This document shows positions 63,436-64,000 of a stretch of 64,000 nt of DNA, piece after piece; position 1 is the first letter of the stretch; the number at the start of each line of letters is the position of its first letter. The stretch covers positions 280,542-344,541 of the forward strand of contig CM082583.2 of NCBI GenBank assembly GCA_040954595.2, given 5' to 3'. The translations under genes and the position numbers were made by a program. This DNA comes from Balanoglossus misakiensis. Lineage: Eukaryota > Animalia > Hemichordata. Below the pieces are notes generated by a model. It was not told where the DNA came from and made no database searches. It saw only the letters and a program-made list of their open reading frames with translations.

Positions 63436-64000
63436 CACTTTCACTGCGTAGTTAATATATGCTAATGTATTCCTGTGCGTAGTTTCCTATGGTAAATTTA
63501 ACTAATAAACAATGTTTTACTTTACCCTCTCTATCTCTTGTAATATGAAAGTATATGCAATGATATTTCCAGCAAGTATATTTTATAAGACAACCAACAT
63601 AATAAAACTGTAAAATGGTCACATGACCATTAATTGGTCATGTGACACTGGCAGCCATAATGGATTTCTGTCGAAATATGGTAAAAACAACATATATTGT
63701 AATATAAGTGACTGAAATACTGTATTTAATTCATTGTATCACAGCTGACAGACAAACATAGTCAAAAACAACTTCCCCCTGTATAAAAGGGAATAACAAG
63801 TGACTTTTGAGCAAGAAATTTGATCAAATTTATTAATGGACCATAAAAACAATTATCAAATCATGCCCACCATTTACATGTATACATGTTTAAAATCTGA
63901 GAAAGAAATATAGATTATTAGTGAAAAGGTGAATGATTGAACTTGTAAATAAATAATAATAATAAAATAAATTAAATATAGCTGCAAGCAGCAATAGCGG
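63436..64000. mobile_element. Probable insertion at TTAA (piggyBac-like left end), right end not visible
   Basis: Homology to copy A breaks exactly at TTAA|CACTTTCACTGCG. Confidence 0.45.

Overview
AT-rich, intron- and repeat-rich animal genomic DNA, probably a marine invertebrate; the taxon cannot be fixed from sequence. No intact protein-coding gene was found. Positions 1-23.3 kb carry ten minus-strand exons from the middle of DNA-PKcs (PRKDC), with two frameshifts and a stop. Positions ~25.9-45.1 kb and ~48.5-63.4 kb are two near-identical copies of a block holding co-oriented fragments of MED25, a peptidase-C76-like domain and cbEGF exons, plus a large decayed AcademX-type DNA transposon (CAG...CTG TIRs, TACA TSD). 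That transposon has an OTU deubiquitinase domain inserted between motifs of its DDE transposase. Comparing the two copies exposes empty sites for several insertions. About eight sequence-unrelated non-autonomous element families end in a long hairpin sharing a strand-specific tip (GA / short stem / GNA-type loop / GA). All family and gene assignments come from motif recognition by eye; no searches were run.
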